In this document: one piece after another, positions 26,801 to 34,534 of the stretch
Layout: every line of letters begins with the position of its first letter
How positions within the stretch are numbered: the first letter of the stretch is position 1
IMG/VR virus record: IMGVR_UViG_3300012347_000374
Location: 1 to 37,837 of that record
Length of the DNA: 37,837 nt
From: a virus
Taxonomy: Duplodnaviria > Caudoviricetes
Strand: one strand, 5' to 3'
The notes under the pieces: model-generated
Database searches by the model: none
The model's input: only the letters and a program-made list of their open reading frames with translations
What the model was told of the DNA's origin: nothing
Program-made: the position numbers and the translations under genes

Positions 26801-27776
26801 ACTGTGTTGACAAGACCTGTGGCGCGTAACCGTCAAGCACAAATCCATTTGGGAGGCTGAACTTATGCTGCGGTGTGCTTTGGTAGTTTCCAACGTAGTA
26901 AAGGCCATTGAACGTGGCAAAGTTTGTGCCGTTCGTTGCCGAAATGCTTGAGTTTGCCTTGAGGATGGTGGTGTTGTTCAACACACCAAAAGCCGCGCCA
27001 ATACCGGCGTTTGCGCCTGCGCTGTCGCCAGTGTGGTCGAGGATCATGTTATCCACAATCATTTGCATGCGACCCGCTGCAAAGTAGAACGATGCGTTTG
27101 AGCCCTGCACCTCAACAAATCGCGCATTGTTCATGCGGAATTTGCCTGTCATTGCGCCTGTGGCCGTTCCGGTCCACATATTCGAGCCGCCAGCTCCGCC
27201 GTTGTTCCAGCTTCGGCAGTAGAACGTAGGGCCAGCAGTCTTTAAGAACTGCGTGCCGTTGACGAGGTAGCCGCCGCGCAACTCGCCCAAGATGGTAGAG
27301 CCGTCAAACTGCCACCGGCCTAAATCGCCGAAGTACAAGCTCCATTGTCCAAAATCGAACACTGCACCAGAAACAATGTTGTTCCACAGAACGGTTAAAC
27401 CGCCGGGAAAGTGAATCATGGGCTCGGTGGTAACCACCAGCGAGTTGCCCATGCCTGCGTTGATGATGTCTTGCGGCGTGTTGTAGTCTGTCGCGCCCGA
27501 TTGAGAGATTGTCAGCGTTGAGCCGTATTTACTGGAAACCAAAACGGCAACAGTGCCAGTCGTGCCAGTAAAGTTCACAGCCGCGCCAGATGCGTTGACC
27601 ATTTGCACGCTGGTGTTGGCCACAATCGTGCCAACGCGAGCACCAGCAGGAATGCCCGTGCCGGTGATGGACGCGCCAACAACCCAACCGCTAGTCGCAG
27701 TCACAGCCAAAGATGGGCTGCCGTTTGTCGCAGTTACGTTTTGCGTGGTCCCAGTCAATACAGCGCTAAATGTCAT
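23886..27776 (-). CDS. Giant Ser/Thr/Gly/Asn-rich beta-structured protein (putative virion appendage or adhesin)
   Basis: 1296 aa, no signal peptide, beta-helix-like repeats (GSTLNITNGS/GSTLNMSDS/GSTWNISNS), C-terminal VN...V.GTG...EWGP. Confidence 0.7.
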   Translation of the reverse strand: MTFSAVLTGTTQNVTATNGSPSLAVTATSGWVVGASITGTGIPAGARVGTIVANTSVQMVNASGAAVNFTGTTGTVAVLVSSKYGSTLTISQSGATDYNTPQDIINAGMGNSLVVTTEPMIHFPGGLTVLWNNIVSGAVFDFGQWSLYFGDLGRWQFDGSTILGELRGGYLVNGTQFLKTAGPTFYCRSWNNGGAGGSNMWTGTATGAMTGKFRMNNARFVEVQGSNASFYFAAGRMQMIVDNMILDHTGDSAGANAGIGAAFGVLNNTTILKANSSISATNGTNFATFNGLYYVGNYQSTPQHKFSLPNGFVLDGYAPQVLSTQFLGGFSNGTTETYSNINLDTAGWGLNDLKTKYLRYGGTNVLNFPRTVSFQFNDSTAANLSDVTLYIKSGSTSLVNAVQAGDYSAATQALILNWTTSISSYRVCDSFVDTISQVAQFRKNGYISQSVSYSLNTAAYSQPVFMLSDPAYGSVTPAQAAALTGLSLDYTNDIYTVSTAHNLDEVYAFGQYSQALTANSTQADFQASAGGKYSLISPWKMNVTGGALTMGTYNNTFNSSTAWTFGNTSSLNLNKDDVVWTPSVRADLFQFQSGSTLNITNGSSLTVSPTAGLGYGAAATSEFRSGSTLNMSDSTVTYNIVSGGSGTVFSNSEAGSTWNISNSTLTLNCPNGAQVAIHAYFLPASVINNFTVNGTASNVIWQMGYTSNNSKMVGFKYGGAIFGNGTSNILMDTYTYTGALTTIPNTFGSANKWYWVDPVMNAGGLFRWAAGATATGSSGFYGVIGFRPTISTDKDGYAPKVRFTPSAMATRYPAFQVQTAALSTLALSSFFRDPTFMGASDGFLPFVDSLDDKTVINTINWTADFRQKGWLANSVTFTAATAKKGLVTYTASGAVDANYINDTTGAADAALITVNETTKIIAAATGTLAWSAQRMYNAIINKWASFAIEQNIVAASTGGTLSLADYTVDESIRFVRGLTTDLVSQVRTTGIIESQANEIPVADVNGSRASVTGLDPQGFGVTWFLRWQKAGTTTWTTASGTGNSTQIVVDAAEYTLQARVRGYDWKTVTLDATLSLSIDLSLAYHISANNTPQYTMAFDAALEAIFNFDETSNKVSVANSTDGILSPGFAELYQATQRIQHLPDLVWTWTSPVTANSTSQKIIIPTGNPISMYLTDASTNTVKITCPVIHADTGASADDRVRGNPSGYSIILGSPATAESAGLASQIISALGGANYLSTLHGLSVIKAKVDAIPADVLAAAATTPIAANIKYVNDVPVDGTGAEGDEWGPASEVAP

Positions 27777-27779
27777 TTC

Positions 27780-28145
27780 TTAACCCTTGAAATAGTGCGA
27801 GCGGCCAAACAAGCGCACCGCCAAATACATGAGCACACGGGTGGCAAGGCTCACGCCCAGCACCTTCATGGCTTCCAAAAAAATATGGTCACACTCTTTG
27901 CGTGGCCTTGTGCATTCGCCATAGAGGTAGTCGTGGACGATGGCCGCATAAGCCCACGGGCCATGAGGGGGGAACACACCCCACAACAGGCGTGGCACGC
28001 TGGCAAAGTCGGTCACAAAGCCAACGGGCACCTCAATCACATCGGTGCTGGGTAGCTCTCCAACGTGATAGTCGAAGGGCGCAGCCAGCCGAAACTGGTA
28101 GTTGCCCAAGAAATCGAGTCGCGGTGGCTTGGTGAAGCTGCTCAT
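27780..28145 (-). CDS. DUF1353-domain protein
   Basis: VP.GFVTDFASVPR, AAIVHDYLY, D.IFLEAM, MYLAVRLFG. Confidence 0.9.
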   Translation of the reverse strand: MSSFTKPPRLDFLGNYQFRLAAPFDYHVGELPSTDVIEVPVGFVTDFASVPRLLWGVFPPHGPWAYAAIVHDYLYGECTRPRKECDHIFLEAMKVLGVSLATRVLMYLAVRLFGRSHYFKG

Positions 28146-28152
28146 AGACACC

Positions 28153-29298
28153 TCAGAAAGTTTTGGCGATGCGAAAACCAATGGCGTTGCCTGCCTTGGC
28201 GGTGGCCACACCGGCGCGGGTGGTGGCGTTGTCGTGGCTGCGTGTGGCTTGCACGATGGTGTGCAGGCCATCGGACCAATCGGTGCGCCATGCCACGTTG
28301 GTGGTGGGCACATCGACGCGCTGAAAGTTTGGCGCTTTGGCGTAGGTGGTGACGTTGGTGTACTGGCTCAGTCCCAATGCAATGCTGTGGCTTTGCGCGG
28401 GTTTGTAGATGGCCTCGATGGTTTTGCTTTGGCCGTCCCACGCATAGGGCAGCGCGGGGTTGGTTTGGTTGCCTACATACGAGGCCACAGAGCCACGCAG
28501 GGTGAGGTTTTGCAGCGGGTTGCCCTCGATGGCGATGTATCGGGTGTCGTAGTCGAGGCGGCGCTCATAGCTGCCGGTGTCGCTTTTTTGGTTTTGCAGT
28601 GTCTTGAGCAAGGCCACGCGAAACTGCACGCCTGTGGGCAAGTGCATGGCGTTGATGCTTGCGCCCATTTTTTTGTGCAGCGTGTTGGGGCCAACTTTGA
28701 CGTAGGGGCCGAGCTTGTCGCTTTGGCCATCGACCTCGGGGCGGTAGATGCCAACCATGCTGTCCACCATCCAGCCACCTGCAATGGCCGAATGAAAAGC
28801 CTGCGCGCCAAATGCGCCTTGGGCCAGCTCGTTCAAGCCATGAAAGCGGCAAAACGCGTCGGGCTCGGCCATCCATGGGCTGTTGGCGTCATAGGTGCGA
28901 CACCAGCTCGTTTTGTAGGGCAACACGCCCACGCGCACGCCTGTGCTGTCGGTGATGCGCACGGATGCGTCTAAGCGGTCCACACGGCTGCCAATGAGTG
29001 TGTGGTGCTGGCCTTGGGCGGTGAAGGTGACGGGGCCAAGGGCTGTGTCTACCTCATGCGATGCGGTGGCCTTGGCCCACTGGCTGAATGGGGTCCACTC
29101 TTTGCCATCGGGCAGGCTGTAGTTGGGCAAATAGCGCACAGAGGTGGTGGGCACGCTCCATGCGTCTAGGCCAACGGTGGCGGTGGCTGTGAAGGCTTGG
29201 GCGCTTTGGCTTGACATGACGCACCACATGGCCAGCAGCCACAGTGCAGTGCCTACCCAAAACTTGGAGATGCGAAATTTAGAAACACGGCGCAACAT
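28153..29298 (-). CDS. Porin-like outer-membrane beta-barrel protein
   Basis: Signal peptide ending AQA, alternating amphipathic strands, RVG..PY...PW..P segment, C-terminal IGFRIAKTF (terminal Phe). Confidence 0.7.
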   Translation of the reverse strand: MLRRVSKFRISKFWVGTALWLLAMWCVMSSQSAQAFTATATVGLDAWSVPTTSVRYLPNYSLPDGKEWTPFSQWAKATASHEVDTALGPVTFTAQGQHHTLIGSRVDRLDASVRITDSTGVRVGVLPYKTSWCRTYDANSPWMAEPDAFCRFHGLNELAQGAFGAQAFHSAIAGGWMVDSMVGIYRPEVDGQSDKLGPYVKVGPNTLHKKMGASINAMHLPTGVQFRVALLKTLQNQKSDTGSYERRLDYDTRYIAIEGNPLQNLTLRGSVASYVGNQTNPALPYAWDGQSKTIEAIYKPAQSHSIALGLSQYTNVTTYAKAPNFQRVDVPTTNVAWRTDWSDGLHTIVQATRSHDNATTRAGVATAKAGNAIGFRIAKTF

Positions 29299-29746
29299 CG
29301 CGGCCCCCAATGAAAAATGATGTGTAGCCCACAGCGGGTGGGTTGGCGGCAACTTTGTCAATGAGCTGCGATTGCGTTTGCACCACACGGATGCCGCGAT
29401 CGACAAGGCCCGTATCGCTGGCCATGCGCTCTGCGGCTTCGGGGCTCACGCCCAGCTCTGCAAATGCAGCGCGAGTGTCGGGGTGGTTGGCAGGCAGCAT
29501 GACGACCAGCAGCCATTGACGGCCAATGAGCACGGGCTGGCCACCGTAGGCTTGCACCAGGTCGAGGCGGTTGATGCGGTAGCGTGGCGCTTTGCTTGTG
29601 GGGGCTTGGGCCAGCTCAAAGTCGCTGCCCTGCTCAGCTTTGGCAATGGCCACGCGGGTGGCTTGCGATGTGCTGCACAGCCACTCGATGGCGTGCGCCT
29701 GCAAGCAGGCCAAGCCGATGGTGATGGTGGCAATGATGCGTTTCAT
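29279..29746 (-). CDS. Small periplasmic substrate-binding-like protein (single-domain, phosphate-ABC SBP-like)
   Basis: Sec signal (AHA); LP..HP and LIDKVAANPPAVGY motifs typical of ~140 aa SBP-like proteins encoded beside porins. Confidence 0.65.
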   Translation of the reverse strand: MKRIIATITIGLACLQAHAIEWLCSTSQATRVAIAKAEQGSDFELAQAPTSKAPRYRINRLDLVQAYGGQPVLIGRQWLLVVMLPANHPDTRAAFAELGVSPEAAERMASDTGLVDRGIRVVQTQSQLIDKVAANPPAVGYTSFFIGGRDVAPCF

Positions 29747-29749
29747 TGT

Positions 29750-30166
29750 TTAACGGCCAGTGCGCATGGCTTGGCTGATAGAGCCGATTTGCTGGCCAAT
29801 GGTGGCCACGGATGCTGCTATGTTGTCGAGCTTGGCGGCTTGGTCTTTTTGGGCTTGCTTGACCGCGGTGACATCAATTTGCAGCACTTGCATGTCGCTG
29901 GTTTGTTTGGTTTGGTCAGCTTTGACTTGATTGATGGACTGCACCGAAGTCTCAACAGTGGCCAAGCGGTTGACCAGCTTTTCTTGCTCGCGCGCTTGGC
30001 CCATCAAGAACCAAACGAGCGCGGCCAAGCCAACAAGCTGGGGCCAGTATTTGTTGATGCCACCGAAAGTGATAGCGCCTTGCGGCTGTGGGGTTGCGTT
30101 CATTTTTTGGGCCTCCAAAAGCTGTTGAAGTAGCAATTCAGTTGGGTCGGGTTTGCGCTTTGTCAC
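29750..30166 (-). CDS. Single-TM coiled-coil protein
   Basis: TM LVGLAALVWFLMG followed by ~80 aa Gln-rich heptads. Confidence 0.7.
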   Translation of the reverse strand: MTKRKPDPTELLLQQLLEAQKMNATPQPQGAITFGGINKYWPQLVGLAALVWFLMGQAREQEKLVNRLATVETSVQSINQVKADQTKQTSDMQVLQIDVTAVKQAQKDQAAKLDNIAASVATIGQQIGSISQAMRTGR

Positions 30167-30173
30167 GGTGGGC

Positions 30174-30632
30174 TCAGATGTAGGGGCGTGTGCCGGTTTT
30201 GTCGATGATGAGTTTTTGGCCGCGTGGCTTGTCTTTTGCGCCGTTGGGCACGCTGATGTGCGTCCAGCCGCCGCCCAGCAGCGGGTCAGAAAACTCTCGG
30301 ATGATTTGGTCGAACGGCACTTTGGCTTTGATGCAGGCTTGCACCACTTCGTTGGGCGTCATGCCCGGCACTTTGAAGTCAGCGGCGCAGCCGATGCGGT
30401 GCTGGCTGGTGTCTTTGCTGCCCACGCTGTCGTTGACGGCCTTGCTGCGGTAGCCGCTGCTAATCATCACGGGCTTGCCACCCACGGCCACTTTGACAAA
30501 CTCCAACAGGTAGGCCAAGCGCAACAGGTTGGCCAGCTCGTTTTGGTTGGGGGTGTTGTCAAGGCCAAGGCGTGCAGCGTTGTCGCTGTGCGTGAGCTCA
30601 GCCAAGGTGAAGTGGTCGGTGAGCTGGGTCAT
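30174..30632 (-). CDS. Endolysin, peptidase M15A family
   Basis: HFTL.EL..S, ISSGYR...N..VG....SQH..G.AAD, W.HIS. Confidence 0.92.
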   Translation of the reverse strand: MTQLTDHFTLAELTHSDNAARLGLDNTPNQNELANLLRLAYLLEFVKVAVGGKPVMISSGYRSKAVNDSVGSKDTSQHRIGCAADFKVPGMTPNEVVQACIKAKVPFDQIIREFSDPLLGGGWTHISVPNGAKDKPRGQKLIIDKTGTRPYI

Positions 30633-31135
30633 TTGGCCGCCAGTGCGCCGTGTAGCGCGTCTGTTTTTTCTTTGCTGCCAGAGCTGCTGCCGTAGTGGTA
30701 GGCCAGCACCATGGTGGCGATGGCGTCGAGCAAGCCCAAGATGCGGCCAGCCACAATTTCGGGCACGGCGGATGGGTAGCCGTTGAACAGCACCCACAGC
30801 TCTGCACCCAAGGTGACGACCAGCAGCAGGCACGACATGACAAACACCTTGCCCGATGTGCCACCGGCCACGGCGGCGTCACGCGCACCTTGGCGGTCAG
30901 CCACTGCCAGCTTGGCAAAGTCGAGGCCAAGCTGATCGGCTTGCTGTTGTAGCTCTGCCTCGGCCTGCTTGAATGCGGCCATTTGCTCGGCGCTCAGTGT
31001 GTTGCCCGCGATGGCTTGCTTGACATCGGTGGCGCTCATGCCAGTGGCTTTGCACAGGCTGTCGATGGCCATGCCAGCCAACGGGCCGCCAAGCGCGGTG
31101 GCGATGGTGGGGGCAAGTTGTTTGAGCCAATCCAT
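30629..31135 (-). CDS. Putative holin (GTA 3TM-holin-like)
   Basis: MDWLK.LAPTIATALGGPLAG, DR..AR, two C-terminal TMs, YHYGSSSGS. Confidence 0.7.
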   Translation of the reverse strand: MDWLKQLAPTIATALGGPLAGMAIDSLCKATGMSATDVKQAIAGNTLSAEQMAAFKQAEAELQQQADQLGLDFAKLAVADRQGARDAAVAGGTSGKVFVMSCLLLVVTLGAELWVLFNGYPSAVPEIVAGRILGLLDAIATMVLAYHYGSSSGSKEKTDALHGALAAK

Positions 31136-31137
31136 GT

Positions 31138-33048
31138 TTATGCGCTCCGGTCTTCGGTGGTGTATTCGGTGACGGTGGCTTTGATTTCGCCGTCTTTGTC
31201 GCGCTCCACGGTTTGGCGTGCCTTGACAGGGTGCTGCACCACGACTTGGGCGGCGGGCACTTCATTGGTGACGTTGACCACGGGGGCTGCGTTAGTCATG
31301 CGCACGATGGGCGCGGCCACGTTGACGATGGGCGCGGGCTGGTCTGGCACGATGATTTGGATGGGCATTTCTTCCAGCTGTTTGACCCACGCATCGCGCA
31401 AGTCGTTGAGCATCCGCTCGGCGCTTTCTTCGATGCTCTTGGTGTTGAAGTTGACCTGTGTGGCAGGCTGTTGGATGGTGATGGGGGCTTGACCGCGCTC
31501 AGCCATGGCACGCACCATGTCGATGAGGGCTTTTTGTGTGGTGTCGGCGGGTGCGGGTGTGGTTCCGGTTGCTGCACCATTGCCATTGGCGGGGGATGCG
31601 CCAGGTGTGCCGTCATACGCGTTGAGGTTGACGTTGTATTCCTTGGCCAGTGCTTGCGCGGCGGCGATGGCTTTGAGGGTGTCTTCAAAGTCGTAGCCCA
31701 TGCTTGAGCAAAGGTCTTGCGGGCTGATGAGGCCAGCTTTGACGCTGAGAATTTTGGCTTCCATGTCGCCTTTGGGGTCTACCCAATCCCAGCGGCGGGC
31801 TTGCCATTCGTGCTTTTTGAATTTGGCGATCTTGCTGGCTGGCAGGGCTGAGCCGTTGTTGAGGGTGATAGCGCCCGACAGCAGCGAGGTTTGCAGCCAC
31901 GCTTGGAACACGGGCTCCATGAACACGGCAATAAACCACTCTTGGTCTGCGGCCCAGCGGTCGCGTTCTTCTAACGTGCCGCTGCGGATGGATGAAAAGC
32001 TCACGCCCTCAAGGTCGTTGGCCAGCGAGTGGTAGGCCACGCGCCAACCGGTGGCAATGCGCTGCAAGGTGGTTTTGACGAAGGGGCCGAATGTTTCGTT
32101 GGGGTAGCGGCTTTCATGCGGCTGGAACGTCACGCCTGTGGGCAATGTGTCGTACGTGCCCGGCTGCGAGGTGGTGATTTGTTGGCCGTTTTCAGTCTGG
32201 CCCAACATGGGCGCAGCACCATCGGGCGTGGTGAAAAAGCCGTAATGGTTCGCGCCATGCTCTGCGGCCAGCAAGGCTGACAGCTTGAACGCGCCCAAGT
32301 GGTGCAGGCTGAGCATGGATGGAGCCATCCATGGGATGCCGCGCACTTGCTCTGCACGTTCTAGCTTGAAACGGTGAATGGTGTCTTCGGTGCTCACGCG
32401 CACGCGGCGGCGGCTGCTGCGCGTGCCATCGTTGGGGTGGGCTTCAAACAGGTGCAAGGCCACGGGCTTGCGGTAGGCGTTGACTTCCACGCCCATGATG
32501 ACGGTGTTGCCTGCGTGCGAGCCGTTGAATGTGGTGTCGATGCGGTCCACATCGATGACTTGCAGGGCAAAGTTAAAGCGGTTGCCAGCGTCAGCGCCGC
32601 GCACCATCTTCACCAAAAACTCACCATCGCTGGGCAAGCTGCCCACGATGTTTTCGCAAAGGTCGCGCAGGGTTAACTGACCGGTCACATCACACGCTTG
32701 GGACCATTCGGCCCATGCTTTTTCGATGGCATCGCCCGCGCCTTTGTCGGGTTTGCCGGGGCCGTCTTCGGGGCGGCTTTGCAGGCGAATGCCGCTCGGG
32801 CCTACGATGTTGTTTTGCACCATGCCCACAAACTTGCGGGCGTAGTCGTTGTTGTTCACCAGTTGACGGCCACGTTGGCGCAGGCGGTCAAGGTCGCCCA
32901 TCAGCTCTTGGTTGATCGAGCTGGCTGTGGCAAACCAATCGCCACTCAGGCGGTCAAGGCGGGCAGCGGCAAATTGTCGCACCAAGCCTTGGGTGGGCTT
33001 GGCAAAGATTTGTTTGGCGCGTTGCCACATGGATGGTTTTTGTGTCAT
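31138..33048 (-). CDS. Portal protein, lambda family, with long C-terminal extension
   Basis: LR.R.R.L..NN.YA, DGE, QVRGIPW, DL.GV.FSSIR.G.LE, W.WVDP..D. Confidence 0.93.
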   Translation of the reverse strand: MTQKPSMWQRAKQIFAKPTQGLVRQFAAARLDRLSGDWFATASSINQELMGDLDRLRQRGRQLVNNNDYARKFVGMVQNNIVGPSGIRLQSRPEDGPGKPDKGAGDAIEKAWAEWSQACDVTGQLTLRDLCENIVGSLPSDGEFLVKMVRGADAGNRFNFALQVIDVDRIDTTFNGSHAGNTVIMGVEVNAYRKPVALHLFEAHPNDGTRSSRRRVRVSTEDTIHRFKLERAEQVRGIPWMAPSMLSLHHLGAFKLSALLAAEHGANHYGFFTTPDGAAPMLGQTENGQQITTSQPGTYDTLPTGVTFQPHESRYPNETFGPFVKTTLQRIATGWRVAYHSLANDLEGVSFSSIRSGTLEERDRWAADQEWFIAVFMEPVFQAWLQTSLLSGAITLNNGSALPASKIAKFKKHEWQARRWDWVDPKGDMEAKILSVKAGLISPQDLCSSMGYDFEDTLKAIAAAQALAKEYNVNLNAYDGTPGASPANGNGAATGTTPAPADTTQKALIDMVRAMAERGQAPITIQQPATQVNFNTKSIEESAERMLNDLRDAWVKQLEEMPIQIIVPDQPAPIVNVAAPIVRMTNAAPVVNVTNEVPAAQVVVQHPVKARQTVERDKDGEIKATVTEYTTEDRSA

Positions 33049-33710
33049 GCGAAAAGCGCCTCTTGGTTTTCTGGTGTTGGCTTTTCGGGCGCAAAAAGCT
33101 GGCCTTGCGCAACAGCTTGCTCAATGCGCTTGCAGGCGATGTCAAAGTATTTGGGTTCACGCTCAATGCCGATGAACTTGCGGCCCATTTGCATTGCTGC
33201 AACGCCTGTCGTGCCGCTTCCCATAAATGGGTCTAGGATGGTTTCAGGGTTTCCAGCTTGTTCTATGCACCATTTCATTAAGGCAAGTGGCTTTTGTGTC
33301 GGGTGGCCAACACGCTCTGGGTTTGTAGCTGCAATAGTCCACTGAAAGTAACCAGCTAACTTATCCATATTTGTCCAAGCAAGCTCAACGCGGCTAAACG
33401 ACTGAGGGCCGTCTGGTTTATGCCAAACAAGCCAGCGCCGAGAAGGTGGCAACTGAAAATAATTTCCACCCCACAAAATTGCTTTTTCTCCTTTGCACAA
33501 TATTTCATTAAGCATTGACTTTGTAGGGGCTGATTCATCCCAATCTTTTTTTTCAGCGCCATTCATTCTTTGATGTTTAAATGGTTGCGCAGCAATGTTT
33601 AAACCATAAGGCGGATCAGTAATAACCGCATCCACCTTTGGCAGCGTAGGCAGCACATCAATGCAGTCGCCCAAGTAAAGGGTGGCATCACCAATTTGCA
33701 CGGGGTTCAT
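33045..33710 (-). CDS. Orphan DNA methyltransferase (N6-A/N4-C, beta class)
   Basis: TDPPY, HPTQKP, LDPFMGSGTT, GIERE..YF. Confidence 0.93.
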   Translation of the reverse strand: MNPVQIGDATLYLGDCIDVLPTLPKVDAVITDPPYGLNIAAQPFKHQRMNGAEKKDWDESAPTKSMLNEILCKGEKAILWGGNYFQLPPSRRWLVWHKPDGPQSFSRVELAWTNMDKLAGYFQWTIAATNPERVGHPTQKPLALMKWCIEQAGNPETILDPFMGSGTTGVAAMQMGRKFIGIEREPKYFDIACKRIEQAVAQGQLFAPEKPTPENQEALFA

Positions 33711-34264
33711 GAGCCAAACCTCACGTAAGTTCTGTTTTTGAGGCCCAAGCCATTGGCCGCGTTGGTAGCTGCGTCTTCGTTGCGTACTTCGGCGCGGAAT
33801 TTGTCGCGCAGTGCCAGCAACTCGCCCACGCTGTAGTGCTTGAGGCGGCGACCCGCGATTTCGTACTCAAGCACGCCGCTTGTGGCTGTGCCTAAGATGC
33901 GGCTTTCAATGGCTTCGAGGATTTTTCGGGCTTGGCTGCGGTTGTCGAGCGTGGCCGCGCCAAAGCTGGGCTGCACGGTCATGCGGCCCGAGGCTACGGT
34001 GTAGGCATCGGTGTCTTTGGTGACTTGGGCGCGGTAGTCGTAGTCGCCAGCCGCCCAAGTGGTGGTGACGGATGGGGCTACGTTGACAAGGTAGTTGAGG
34101 CCATCAGCAATGGCAACAATGGAAATTTTGGACGCCGCGCTGATGAGCGTGTACGTCAACACCCAGCCCTCCGTGGCCGGATAGTCGGCCAAGTTCTTGA
34201 GCCACTTGGCTGTGTCGCCAGCGATGAGGCTGGTGGGTTCGGTGGTGGGTGTTTGGGCTGTCAC
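33707..34264 (-). CDS. Head completion / head-tail adaptor (gpW-like C-terminus)
   Basis: EYEIAGRRLK....EL..LR....EV; lies between terminase and portal. Confidence 0.7.
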   Translation of the reverse strand: MTAQTPTTEPTSLIAGDTAKWLKNLADYPATEGWVLTYTLISAASKISIVAIADGLNYLVNVAPSVTTTWAAGDYDYRAQVTKDTDAYTVASGRMTVQPSFGAATLDNRSQARKILEAIESRILGTATSGVLEYEIAGRRLKHYSVGELLALRDKFRAEVRNEDAATNAANGLGLKNRTYVRFGS

Positions 34265-34310
34265 GTTGCGGCAGTTCGATGGGTTGCATCGAACTATCCG
34301 CTTTCACCTC

Positions 34311-34342
34311 GGAAATGTTCAGCGAGGATTTCAGTTTTTTAC
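34311..34342 (-). promoter_or_regulatory. Late promoter element, copy 1 (exact 32-bp repeat)
   Basis: Identical to 23652-23683; downstream of the Mor-like gene, upstream of head genes. Confidence 0.8.
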
Positions 34343-34365
34343 TGTTGCAAAGCGTGACCAAAAAC

Positions 34366-34398
34366 AAAAAACCCCAAGGCTTTGACACCTTGAGGTTT
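34366..34398 (-). terminator. Rho-independent terminator
   Basis: Minus strand AAACCTCAAGG-TGTCAAAG-CCTTGGGGTTTTTT. Confidence 0.8.
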
Positions 34399-34528
34399 CC
34401 TGCTTGTGCGGCCCGAGCTGTTGCCAGCTCCTAAGTGGTAAAACCACACAAATTTTCTCTTTCAACTTGTCCCGCTGAAACCCCAAGAGTTGACTTTGAG
34501 ATAAGGGGCTCTAGGCACCCCTGCGAAC
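34366..34528 (-). ncRNA. Candidate structured small RNA (~160 nt)
   Basis: Own promoter and terminator, three stem-loop domains including GAGCTG-GCAA-CAGCTC (GNRA loop), no ATG-started ORF. Confidence 0.6.
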
Positions 34529-34534
34529 GCTTTG

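Noticed and set aside
29279-29746. o-spanin lipoprotein (GLAC)
   Set aside because: Non-canonical lipobox, better SPase I site (AHA), not Pro-rich, and carries an SBP-like motif
23652-34342. 32-bp repeats as att sites or CRISPR repeats
   Set aside because: They enclose essential portal and lysis genes, occur only twice 10.7 kb apart, and both precede late gene starts
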